The notes beneath the pieces were generated by a model that was not told the DNA's origin, made no database searches, and worked only from the letters and a program-made list of their open reading frames with translations. The translations under genes were made by a program, and so were the position numbers. From Callorhinchus milii (Eukaryota), in NCBI RefSeq assembly GCF_018977255.1, contig NW_024704743.1:42968001-43032000 (forward strand): a stretch of DNA of 64,000 nucleotides, written 5' to 3'. Below, piece after piece: positions 54,058 to 64,000 of the stretch (position 1 is its first letter; every line of letters starts with the position of its first letter).

Positions 54058-55029
54058 ACATCATCCGCAGACATGGGGTTAATTTCCATATGTATGCGGA
54101 TGACACCCAACTCTATCTTTCTGCCTCCAACCTCAACTCCAGGACTACTGGCGTCCTGACCGACTGCCTGTCCGACATCAAGTCCTGCACAAGGGACAAC
54201 TTTCTCCAACTCAACGTCAGCAAGACCGAGGCCCTCCTGATTGGCTCGCGCCAGCGCCTCCGCACCTCAGGCACTGACAGCATCAGCATCCACGGCTGCA
54301 CACTCAACCTCACTAAGCCAGTCAGGAACCTGGGTGTCTTGTTAGACCCTGAACTGTCCTTTCTCCCCCACATCCGCGCCATGACCGGCACTGCCTACCA
54401 CCACCTCCACAACGTTGCCAGAGACCGCCACTGCCTCACCCCTCAGGCTGCCGAAACCCTCACCCACGCATTCGTCAACTCAAGGCTCGATTACAGGAAT
54501 TCTCTCCTCATCGGCCTTCCCAACTCTTCCCTTCACAAGCTGCAGATCATCCAAAACTCTGCAACTCGTGTACTCTCACGCATCAGGCTCCGTGACCCCA
54601 TCACTCCCACCCTCGCCCGACTCCACTGGCTCCCCATCCCCCAGAGGACCGAGTTCAAGATCCTTGTCCTCACCTTTAAGGCTATCCATGGCATTGCCCC
54701 CTCCTACCTCTCTGACCTGCTGACTCCCTACCAACCTGCCCGCTTCCTCCGTTCCCTCCCGCTCGAACCGCCCTACCATCAGTGGCCGGGCTTTCAGCCT
54801 CTCTGCCCCCACACTCTGGAACTCCATCCACGGTCCCTTCGCCTCGCTTCCGGTCTCAAGACCCTTCTCTTCGACCGTGCCTTTGGTCTCCCTCCCACCT
54901 CTCTGCCTTCCCTCACTCCTACACCACCCCTCCCCCATGCTTGGGCCCTGACACCTGACTGTTCAGCGCTTTGGGATGTCCTCCCGACATGAAAGGCGCT
55001 CTGTAAATGTAATTTTGTTGTTGTTGTTG
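54058..55029 (+). mobile_element. L2 LINE 3' fragment, relatively young
   Basis: YADDTQLY...SRLDY...LHWLPI...FKILVLTFK; (TTG)n tail; near-identical to the 26.8-kb copy. Confidence 0.95.
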
Positions 55030-56149
55030 CCTTCTCCAAAAATACTGCTAGCTGATCTTTTTTATGTCTTTCACTAGCCAAACTGGAATGCCAGACCACA
55101 ACAACAACAAAATTACATTTGTAAAGCGCCTTTCACGTCGGGAGGACTTTCCAAGGCGCTGAACAGTCGGGGATCAGGAGCTGTATTAGAATAGAGTCTA
55201 ATACTCTATTCTAATAATCTCTCATTAAGCGAGAGATGAGCGAAGGAGAGAGAAGAGGGAAGGCAGAGTCAAAGGTGTAAATGGTATAGACTGAAGCAGA
55301 CTTGGGTAGAGAGGGAGAATAATAAACAGACGTTGTTTATAGAAGCACGCAATTCAGCCTAGTTTTGCTCAAGAAGGCCTATTATAATAATAATCTTTGC
55401 ATTTGATATATCATGTTGAAACAGCTCAAAAAACTTCACAGGATTTACTGTAAATTACAATATTACAACTGCACATTGCTAAAGGTACTACACTCGACAG
55501 CAAGAGTAATTTCCTCCTCGAATACCTCAGGCTTTGCTTAAACTTCCAGTCATTTACTGAGATGTTTCCCATCTTACAATTAGAAAGTGCACACTTAGTT
55601 ATCATAATTGCACCATTATTCCATTTAGACGCCATAAAAGGGAACAATTCACTTTGCAATGTCCCTTAAGATTCCTTTTACTCCTCAGGTGCTCATGTAG
55701 TTCCCTTTTGAACAATTATATTGCTCCAGACTCGATTGCCACTCGTGGTAATTAAGTCCAAACCCTAACAACCTTCTGAGTGAAGAAATTCCTTCTAACT
55801 ATGATGCAAAAGATATTACGTCATATCTAAGAAAAAATACTATAGGACTTTGTATTGATACGTGGTTGCCTAAACTCTGAAAAATGTATGGAGTTGTTAT
55901 ATTTGTGGTATCTGTCAAGCAGCCAAGAGAGTCTGATGCATGCATAAATGTTTAATTGGAAAATGCCAACATAAATCAAATAGAATTAACAAACACTAAA
56001 AAGGAAACTTAAAATCTGTATTTTTAGATCCTGAATTATCTATTTTAAGAAGAGTAATAATTAACATTTTATTGGCAGTCAAATTATACTACTGTTAAAA
56101 GCCACCGGACAAAAAATTCAGGGTAAGAAAATAACTTTGAAAAAGACAA

Positions 56150-56382
56150 CTGTATATTTTGCGGGCGAAATGCAGCAGCGAATTGTGCACAGCAGTGTCC
56201 CACAAACAGTCGTGAATTGAGTGACCACGTTTTTAATTTTTTTTATAAAGGGATTATAAAGTTATATCTCTAGAAAGTAATCCAACAATTGACTAACAAC
56301 TGGGTTCCTATTTACTGCTAGGTAAATAGTCATGTGGAGTAAGGAAACTTGCCTAAGGTTTCACCTTGCCCAGAATCAAACC
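56150..56382 (-). mobile_element. SINE family A fragment
   Basis: Shared core. Confidence 0.8.
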
Positions 56383-56384
56383 TG

Positions 56385-56880
56385 ATAATCCAGAACTCTG
56401 CAGCCTGAGTCCTCTCCTGCACCAAAATCCGTGACCCCATCCCCCCCCCTCTCCCAATTCCATGGGCTTCCTATCCTTCAGAGGATCCAGTTCAAGATCC
56501 TGGTCTTCACATACAAAGCCCTCCATGGCCTCGCCGCACCCTACCTCTGCGACCTCCTAACCCCCTACCAACCCCCCTGTTCCCTCCGCTCAGCCGGCTC
56601 TGGCCTGCTCCACGTCCCCCGACCCACCCGCCCCACCATTGGTGGGAGAGCCTTCAGCCACTCTGCCCCCAACCTCTGGAATTCCATTCCCCAGTCACTC
56701 CACCTCGCCCCTCCTTAGCCTCCTTCAATTCCCACCTCAAGACCCTCCTCTTCAACCATGCATCGGCCACCCCCCTCCCGCCCCCCGACTCCAGCTCATG
56801 TCTGAAATGCTGTACACTGTCCAGCGCCTTGGGACGTCCTCCCGACGTGAAAGGCTCTATACCAATGTAATCTTGTTGCT
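56385..56880 (+). mobile_element. L2 LINE 3' fragment
   Basis: RIQFKILVFTYKALHGLAAPYLCDLL...GGRAFSHSAPNLWNSIP. Confidence 0.9.
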
Positions 56881-57399
56881 GGTCCTCTCCCTTGCAGGAC
56901 AAGTGCTCTAACCAATATGCTGCAGGATTCCATATACGGTGCAGGATTCCAGGTAGGACATTGTTGGAGGTGAGGAAATTGTGGATGAGGGCTTTGGGAT
57001 GCACTTGGGGTGATTTAGAGGTGGGCAATTCAAAAAAATTATCTTGTTGTCTTGGCCAACCAGATAGATTAATCTTTCACTTTATCAGGTCTGTGGGGAA
57101 GTTGGCTGTTGCATAATTTACAAATGCACAGTCACTACTTTACAGCAATTCGTAGAAGTGCTTTGAGACATTTTATTGTTATAGGCACTAAATCAAATGC
57201 AAGAATTATTATGGAACCCCTGTACTCCTTTCTGCTTCTCAGAACTATGAAGATTATTGCATGTTATAATGCGTTCCTCCAACTGACTGTGACACCTCTG
57301 TAACATTTTCCTTTTGTAGCCAAGAGGATACCAGATACCTTACCCAGCATTGTTCACAGCCTGTCAGTTGTAATAGTAGGGCAAAAGTTACCACACAAA

Positions 57400-57740
57400 T
57401 TTACCTTAACAATGACTTTCATTTCAGGAGGGCATCCCAAGGCACTCAACAATACTGGGTTGGCATTTGAGCTAAGTGGTGGGAGCCAAGTGGAGATGAC
57501 CAAAAGCACAATCAAGTAGGTATTGAAACAGACCTTGAAAAGGTGAGGGAGGGAGCGAGTCGGAAGGACTCTAGGATGGTGTTCCAGAATGGAGGCGGAT
57601 AGGTTGAAGCCTGACCACCGATAGTGGGACAGGTAGGTTTGCAGAGTCTAGTGCGGGAAAGGACACAAGCTGCAGGATTCTGGATAGTTTGCAGCTGATG
57701 TAGGGAAGCACTGGGTGGATTGGTGAGCAGACGGTTGACG
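57400..57740 (-). mobile_element. Degenerate L2 fragment
   Basis: LHQLQTIQNPAACVLSRT...TIGGQA. Confidence 0.7.
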
Positions 57741-58209
57741 TAATTAAACTTGGACATGAATGGATGAGGTGATCGGTGGCCCGAGGTACAATACAATATA
57801 CGTTTATGTAGCAACTTTCACGTCAGGAGGACATCTCAATAAGACTGCAGTGCCATTTGGGCACCCAAACTGGGTGGGAGGAGTGCAGAAAGTAGAACAG
57901 CACTGAGAGCTTCTTCGACAACGCGGTCCCACAAGAACGGGAGCCCTCTCACCGCCGCACCGAGATCTCAACGCTCTTATTCCCAGGATTGCATCGCCCA
58001 GTGCTACACGCAGGCAGGGTCAGCACTGCCACTGATATCGCTGTCTGGCGAGCTTTCCCTCTGCTTGTCGAGCTGGAACCCTCCCTCCCTGTTGAAGCTC
58101 TGGCTGTAGGGTTAATGAACCCAACAGCCATCTTGCCTGTGAGGCACCGAGCGCATGCGTGAGCGCCCTGTACGAGGGAGGAGCCACGAGCCTGTTAATC
58201 AGCACCACT

Positions 58210-58309
58210 GAGCTCAGCGCGCCTGCGCACCCCCGAGCTCAGCGCGCCTGCGCGCCCCCGAGCTCAGCGCGCCTGCGCACCCCCGAGCTCAGCGCGCCTG
58301 CGCGCCCCG
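58210..58309. repeat. 25-bp tandem repeat x4 (GAGCTCAGCGCGCCTGCGCRCCCCC)
   Basis: Units start at 58210, 58235, 58260, 58285 and alternate A/G at one position. Confidence 0.95.
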
Positions 58310-58399
58310 GGCTGCCGGCAGTGACAGTTGGGACGAGTAAAAACCCACACTTCACCAACGCACCGCGCACGGAGACCCGGAACCCTTAACGCACCCGCA

Positions 58400-58430
58400 A
58401 AGAGAGAGAGAGAGAGAGAAAGAGAGAGGG
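58400..58430. repeat. (GA)n microsatellite; a second lies at about 58594-58622
   Basis: Read directly. Confidence 0.9.
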
Positions 58431-58493
58431 AGATTTTTGGGGTACAACAAGAAGCGGAGGGAATCGCCGCCCTGCGTCTGAGCAGCTGCTCAC

Positions 58494-58560
58494 CTGCCTG
58501 CTGTCAGGGAGCTCGAGCGGCGCACGGCGAGTGACGTCAGCCAGTGCGTCGCGTCCCCAA
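58494..58560 (-). other. PIGN: Probable non-coding first exon of PIGN (5' end unknown)
   Basis: Strong minus-strand donor CAG|GTGAGC at 58494/58493 inside the CpG island; the ATG exon has an upstream acceptor, so a 5'UTR exon is required. Confidence 0.5.
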
Positions 58561-58835
58561 CTAACGTCCGTTTGACTGACGGCGCGATCTCCCGAGAGAG
58601 AGCGAGAGAGAGAGAGAGAGAGCGATCTGAGCGAGACCAGAGGGGGCGGCGCCAGGGTGACCGGGGTGGGTGGGTCCACCGATCGACAGGGGCAGCGCGA
58701 TTGGTGGCTCCTGGCCGTCAATCAGGCCGGGCTCGGCGGGGGCTGTTCAATCGCGCGATCCGGAAGACAAAAGGGGGCGGGCGTTGGGCGTGACGTCGCG
58801 AGACGGTGGGGGCGGGTCAGTCAGTGGGGAGGAAG

Positions 58836-59286
58836 ATGGCGGCGTCGAGTGTCAACCCGTTCCTCAGCGACTCGGAGGAGGAATCGGATCAGAAGCGGAC
58901 TCGAGGCCGGAGGCCGGGCGGCCCGGGGCGGGAGGAGGAGCCGCCGCCGCCGCCGCCGCCTGTGGCGGGCGCTGCCGCCTCGGTGCCTTCGCTGCCCCTG
59001 TCGCCGCCGCCGCCAGAGGTGGTTGCAGGCGGCGCTGGGGGGGTGCGAGCGGCCGCCGGGGAGGCGCTGGTCTCCGGGCCCGAGCCCTCGAGAGTGCCCC
59101 TGGACACCATCGCCGCTCAGCTGCTGAGGGACCAGTACATCCTGAGCGCCCTGGAGCTGCACACCGAGCTGCTGGAGGCCGGCCGCGAGCTGCCCAGGCT
59201 CCGGGATTACTTCTCCAACCCCGGGAATTTCGAGAGGCACATGTGCACCCCCCCCAAGGACCTGGCCCCGGCCCCCGGGCCACTCA
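58836..59286 (+). CDS. RELCH: RELCH/KIAA1468 (Rab11-binding LisH, coiled-coil, HEAT protein) coding exon 1
   Basis: MAASSVNPFLSDSEEE...DTIAAQLLRDQYILSALELHTELLEAGRELPRLRDYFSNPGNFER matches the RELCH N-terminus; Kozak AAGATGG; donor A|GTGAGT, phase 1; head-to-head synteny with PIGN as in other vertebrates. Confidence 0.95.
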
Positions 59287-60718
59287 GTGAGTAAGACAGG
59301 GGAGGGAGGGGAGGGGAGGGGAGGCAGCAGCAGGAGGTGAGGAGGGTGGGGTGGGGTGGGGGGGGATCCAGAGAAGAGACTCGAGGGCAGCGATGAAGGT
59401 ACACACAGACCCCACACACACACACACACACGTTATTTCACCTCTTCGGATCAGTAATGTGGCCAATTATTCCCACTCAATTATATAACACCGGGGGAGG
59501 CGTTTGGTACGTTAGGGGCTCTGATGGTCTCTCCCGCACCATCTGCTGCTGCACTTTTCGGTTGTATCCTTACCCTCAGGTGAAGTGTCGAGTGGGGGAG
59601 GTGGGGGGCGCCGACAGAAGCTGCCGTCGACATGGCTAAAGGGGCGTCGCATTTCATTCTCGGGTTTGCCGGCACAACAACAACAACAGCAGCAAAATTA
59701 CTTTTGTGCCGCGCCTTTCAGGTCGGGAGGGCGATGCCTTCGTTGCCTCTAATGCATAACTCCAGCGGTGGTTGAATCAGCTGCTCACTTGTGCGATTAT
59801 ATACAGCAGTGACGGGGGTTCAATGTTGTCCTATATATGAGCCCATACAATTCAGATTAAATGGCAAAGCATTCGCCTTGATTTTGACTCGTGTTCTACA
59901 GTATATAGTGAAAGAGCATTGTGCCCTTACTATATCTTATTTCCTTTAGCTCTATCTGCCTTACTTTCTGCAGTAGATGACCCATCACCCACCCTAGAAG
60001 TTCATCTTTGCGGTGTTTGTAGTGAAATGCTGAGCCGGAATCTTTTTCATTGTTTTGGGGCCCCAATGTTGAAAGACTGGTTTGTACACATTTCCAGTGT
60101 GGTGAAAACATAACCTGTCCAAGGAATGTTTTCATGTTTAAATAAAACTTTTTAACTGCAATACATAAAATGAATGTTACTGTAGGATATCCAATATTCA
60201 GGACTGAATTATTAATTTTGTGGTTGTATCACCTTTATCGTAGGAAACCGAATAAATGAGCTGAAGATAAGCAATATATGTAGTTTTCCAGTTTTTGATG
60301 AAGTACTTGTCCATCTATGGGAATGAGTTTTTTTTAATCAAAATAATACTCTACTGCCCCAAATAAATTTATGTTGCTAAAAGATGACACCGATTTTAAT
60401 AGAATACTTCAGATCTAAAAAAAATAGTTTTCATATTTCACTGATTTATTATGGATACCATTATGGAGAGAGTCAAGATTCATTCTACCAGCAATTACTT
60501 TCTGAATTTGGTACCAGGCTGAAGCCGATCTTGAATGGGATTTTGCTTCTGGATTAATCACTAGCAAATTAACTTTGCTGAGGTTAAATGTGATATGCAA
60601 AGTATTGCGTGCTGAAAGTGAAAATAGGAACCATGTGTCTTGCACTAATGGAGTGGAACTTTCCAAAGGGAAGTGAAAGGTAATTCATAGATGTTAGATG
60701 CCTTGCTGGAGACCAGAT

Positions 60719-61740
60719 TCAACAACAACAACAAAATTACATTTGTATAGTTCCTTTCACGTTGGTAGGACGTCCCAAGGCGTTGGACAGACAGAGATTC
60801 GGACCCAAGCTCAGGGTCGGGGTGGGTGGAGGGCAGAGGGGGAAGCAGGGAGATCAAAAGCACGGTAGAAGAGGAGGGTTTTGAGAAGGGTCTTGAAGGA
60901 GGCAAGGGAGGGGACGAGGAGGAGGGACTGCGGGATAGAGTTCCAGAGGGTGGGGGCAGAGTGGCAGAAGGCCTGCCCGCTGAGCGGAGGGACGAGCAAG
61001 ATGGTAGGGGGTTAGGAGGTCGCAGGAGTAGGGAGGAGCAAAACCATTGAGGGTTTTGACGGTGAGGACCAGGATCTTGAACTGTATCCTCTGTGTGATG
61101 GGAAGCCAGTGGAATCGGGCGAGGATGGGAGTGATAGTCATGGTGCTTGGTGCGAGAGAGGACAGGGGCTGCAGAGTTCTGGATGATCTGCAGCCTGTGG
61201 AGGGAGGAGTTGGGGAGGACGACAAGCAATGAGTTTGTATAGTCGAGCCTCGATGTAATGAAAGCGTGTATGAGGGTTTGGGGGGCTTGTGGTGTGAGAC
61301 AGTGGCGGGGCCGGGCAATGTTGCTGAGATAGGAGAAGGCAGAGTGGGTCATGGGGCAGATGTGGGGTAGAAAGCATAGTTGAGTGTCAACAAGCCGCCA
61401 AGGTTCTGGACTGACTTAGTAAGGTGGAGAGTGCAACCAGGGATGGTGATGCTGTCAGCACCTGAGGTGAGGAGGCGCTGACGGGAGCCAATCAGGAGAG
61501 CCTCGGTCTTGTTGACGTTCAACTGAAGAAAATAAGCTCTCATCCAGGACTTGATGTCTGACAGACATTCTGTCAGGACAGCAGTGGTCCTGGAATCAAG
61601 AGTGGAGGCAGAGAGGTAGAGTTGGATGTCCTCTGTAAACATGTGGAAGTTGACCCCTGTGGATGATGTCACCAAGAGAAAGCATATAGATATCGAAGAG
61701 GAGGATGAAGGACAGAGACGGTACGGGGACTCGAGGAGAA
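60719..61740 (-). mobile_element. L2 LINE 3' fragment in RELCH intron 1
   Basis: FLQLNVNKTE, ITSRLDY, HWLPITQRIQFKIL; (CAA)n on + strand. Confidence 0.93.
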
Positions 61741-62886
61741 ACCATTTGTGGAGATTCAAGCAGCAATAATCAAATTGAACAAGTTGCTGTCTTTGCTTGT
61801 CAAATCAATTTGAGTTAAAATCCCCAGGAGTTGTGCTGAAGCTGTAAATTTCTCCAGTCATACGTTTTGAGATACTGCATACGGTTTTGATTGCTGCAGC
61901 AAGAGTGGGGCTGCCTCAGCCCTCCAAGCTGTGCAAAGGAGAGCTACAATGCTAAACTGCAGTGGTAGATGGATGAACTATGACGAACAACTAAGATAGG
62001 GTTCCCTAGATGAGCAGACATCTCACATTAAGACATCTTGATCTCGCTTTATAAAGCTTTATAAAAGTTGTTCAATGGATAGAGAGAGTCAACCTAGAAT
62101 AAGACTTTGGGATGCCCCAAGGCAGCATAACAAGAGGACACATGTTCATGTTTGTTCAGTTCAACATTAGGGTGAACTGCAGGAAGCATTTGTTTGTATT
62201 AGTTAATGGATAGCTGGACTAGTGTGCAAGGAATGATGGTTGAGGCCTTGATTAATTTTTGAAACATCTTGATGCTCTAATGAGAAAACAACAAGGTACA
62301 TTTATTATGAAAACTGAAACTTGATGTAGTTGAATAATTTTACATGTCCAAGATTTCTTTTTCCACAAAAATTTGGTAGTCAGCATTTCATTTTTTTTTA
62401 AATCTTGTACTGCAACTAGTTTTATTGGACGTCTCCTACAACATGGGATTTTCTATATTCTAATAACCCAGTAATGTAAAATGCATCTTTCATCAGCGCA
62501 CGACTATGCTAATTGTTATTGCTTCAATTCTTCATTGCTCTTTTCACATCTGTGCTACTGATTATGGGGGCGGGGGATAGACTGGAATTCAATCTGGGTC
62601 ACTAATAATCATAGCGATTTAATTCCTTAAATGTCAAAAAGGGGAAACTCTAGGATTTAGCAGCTTTTAGTTAATAAAGGTTTCCTTATAATTAACCTAG
62701 CTTGTGCAGATGGTGATATGAGTAGCACCAAGATAAAACACTGACAATTTAATCCTTGTTTTGTACATAAAGAACAATAAGGAGACATGATGCAGTTCTT
62801 GTTTTTAGCTTGGATTATAGAAATAGCATCCACTAGGTAGAGATTGTTAACAGGTAGCCAATACCATCACTGGAAACAGTGAGATT

Positions 62887-63070
62887 TAATAATAATAACA
62901 ATAATAATAATCCTTGATATAGTGCCTTATCACGTCTTTGAGACATCTCAAAGCGCTTCACAGCATATACTTTAAAGTGTGTATTTTGTGGGCGAAACGT
63001 GGCACCCAATTGTGCACAGCAGTGTCCCAGACACAGTCGTGGATTGAGTGACTAAATTATTAGTATTATT
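62887..63070 (-). mobile_element. SINE 3' half
   Basis: Shared core and tail. Confidence 0.85.
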
Positions 63071-64000
63071 TTAAGATAAGTAAAGACAGGAAGTGGTACA
63101 CGAAAGTGTGAGGGAACATAAATAATGAACTGCTTTTTTGGACAATGTTCCAAGCAATTTTTATAATAACAGAATTACTCAGAATTAAGCAATAAATACC
63201 AAAATTATGACAGCCACTAAATATACATAATTTTGGTTAGAAGCAGTGTTGAAGAGGGAAAGGTTGTATTATTGTGGAACTATTTCATTTACAAAACAAA
63301 TGTGGATGTCAATTTTTTTGAATATTACAAGTGTCTTGACTAGTTCCTGATCAGTTCTGTATTACACTGACAATTTGACCCTGTGGTTACATCCTTCCTC
63401 AGAGGAAGAAGAGAAGATAAGGAGCATTGTTAGTAGGCAACTTTGGTGGATCATTTACAAATCAACATTGGTCGAGTCGAAGCAAAAAGGAATTCTGTTG
63501 CCTGGAGAGCAAATAATAATACAAGCCTGGGAGGGGGGGATCTCAGGGATAATGTACTCCCCAAAATATTCTTACTATGAATGCGTATTCTTGCACTCTG
63601 ACCAGAATACACATTTGCATTATTAAACCAATTCTGTTACATTAAAATACGTCTGCCTGTTCAAGCTTATTTAATTGGGGCGACTAGGTACAGTACTTAT
63701 AAACTAATGAAACCCGACTCTTGTAGTTTGATGTACCCTGAATCTCTGAATTTAAATGGTAGCATCTGAATTCGATATGTCATATGTTCTAGAATATATT
63801 GTACTTAATTCTCTTTGTTCCTCTCCTGTTTCCTCTACACCCCGCCCACCACCGATTAAAACAAATATTGAATTTGAGAGAGTTGTTTTTACTGTAAATT
63901 TTGAATGGTGTTCTTCATATATCTTCTTTGCTGATTTAACGCAAAGTATTGTGAAAAATTGTCCTATTTTGTGGTCTGGGGAGTGGAAATTTCTGACAAA

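Larger units (their letters stand above)
57900..59760. promoter_or_regulatory. CpG island / bidirectional PIGN-RELCH promoter
   Basis: GC- and CpG-dense against an AT-rich background; CRE TGACGTCA 58532-58539, ATTGG 58700-58704, ETS CCGGAAG 58760-58766, GC boxes about 58773-58781 and 58808-58816, TGACGTCGCGAGA 58791-58803, YY1-like AAGATGGCGGC 58833-58843. Confidence 0.9.

Noticed and set aside
54051..54992. 313-aa ORF with YADD as a functional or domesticated RT
   Set aside because: 5'-truncated L2 lacking most RT motifs and frameshifted at the 3' end.
57950..57960. Alternative PIGN 5'UTR donor GCG|GTGAGA
   Set aside because: Plausible but weaker than the 58494 site and unsupported without transcripts.
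58210..58309. CRISPR-like repeat array
   Set aside because: Contiguous units without unique spacers; eukaryotic context, no cas genes.
58572..59431. Multiple overlapping ORFs on both strands
   Set aside because: CpG-island composition; only the frame from ATG 58836 matches a known protein.
59287..64000. RELCH exon 2
   Set aside because: No matching peptide found by eye; presumably beyond the window.

Overview
Vertebrate genomic DNA. The repeat landscape (L2 and CR1 LINEs, tRNA/Deu-type SINEs with L2 tails) suggests a cartilaginous fish; this is inference. The window holds most of PIGN (GPI ethanolamine phosphate transferase 1) on the minus strand: 26 coding exons read by hand from ATG 53225 down to 795, all with GT-AG boundaries and consistent phases (2622 nt, 874 codons). 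The last C-terminal exons lie off the left edge. PIGN is head-to-head with the first coding exon of RELCH/KIAA1468 (58836-59286, +) across a CpG-island bidirectional promoter. Introns are full of truncated L2/CR1 LINEs and SINEs, plus one near full-length decayed hAT (Buster/Charlie-type) transposon with TIRs and an 8-bp TSD. Most notable: two U12-type (minor spliceosome) introns in PIGN; a 4x25-bp tandem array of NRF1-like sites at the promoter; a SINE/L2 partner pair sharing a 3' hairpin; a patch apparently assembled from two local templates; and several fold-back structures. I see no convincing wholly novel gene system. Most ORFs in the supplied track are spurious or TE-derived. Repeat boundaries are approximate.
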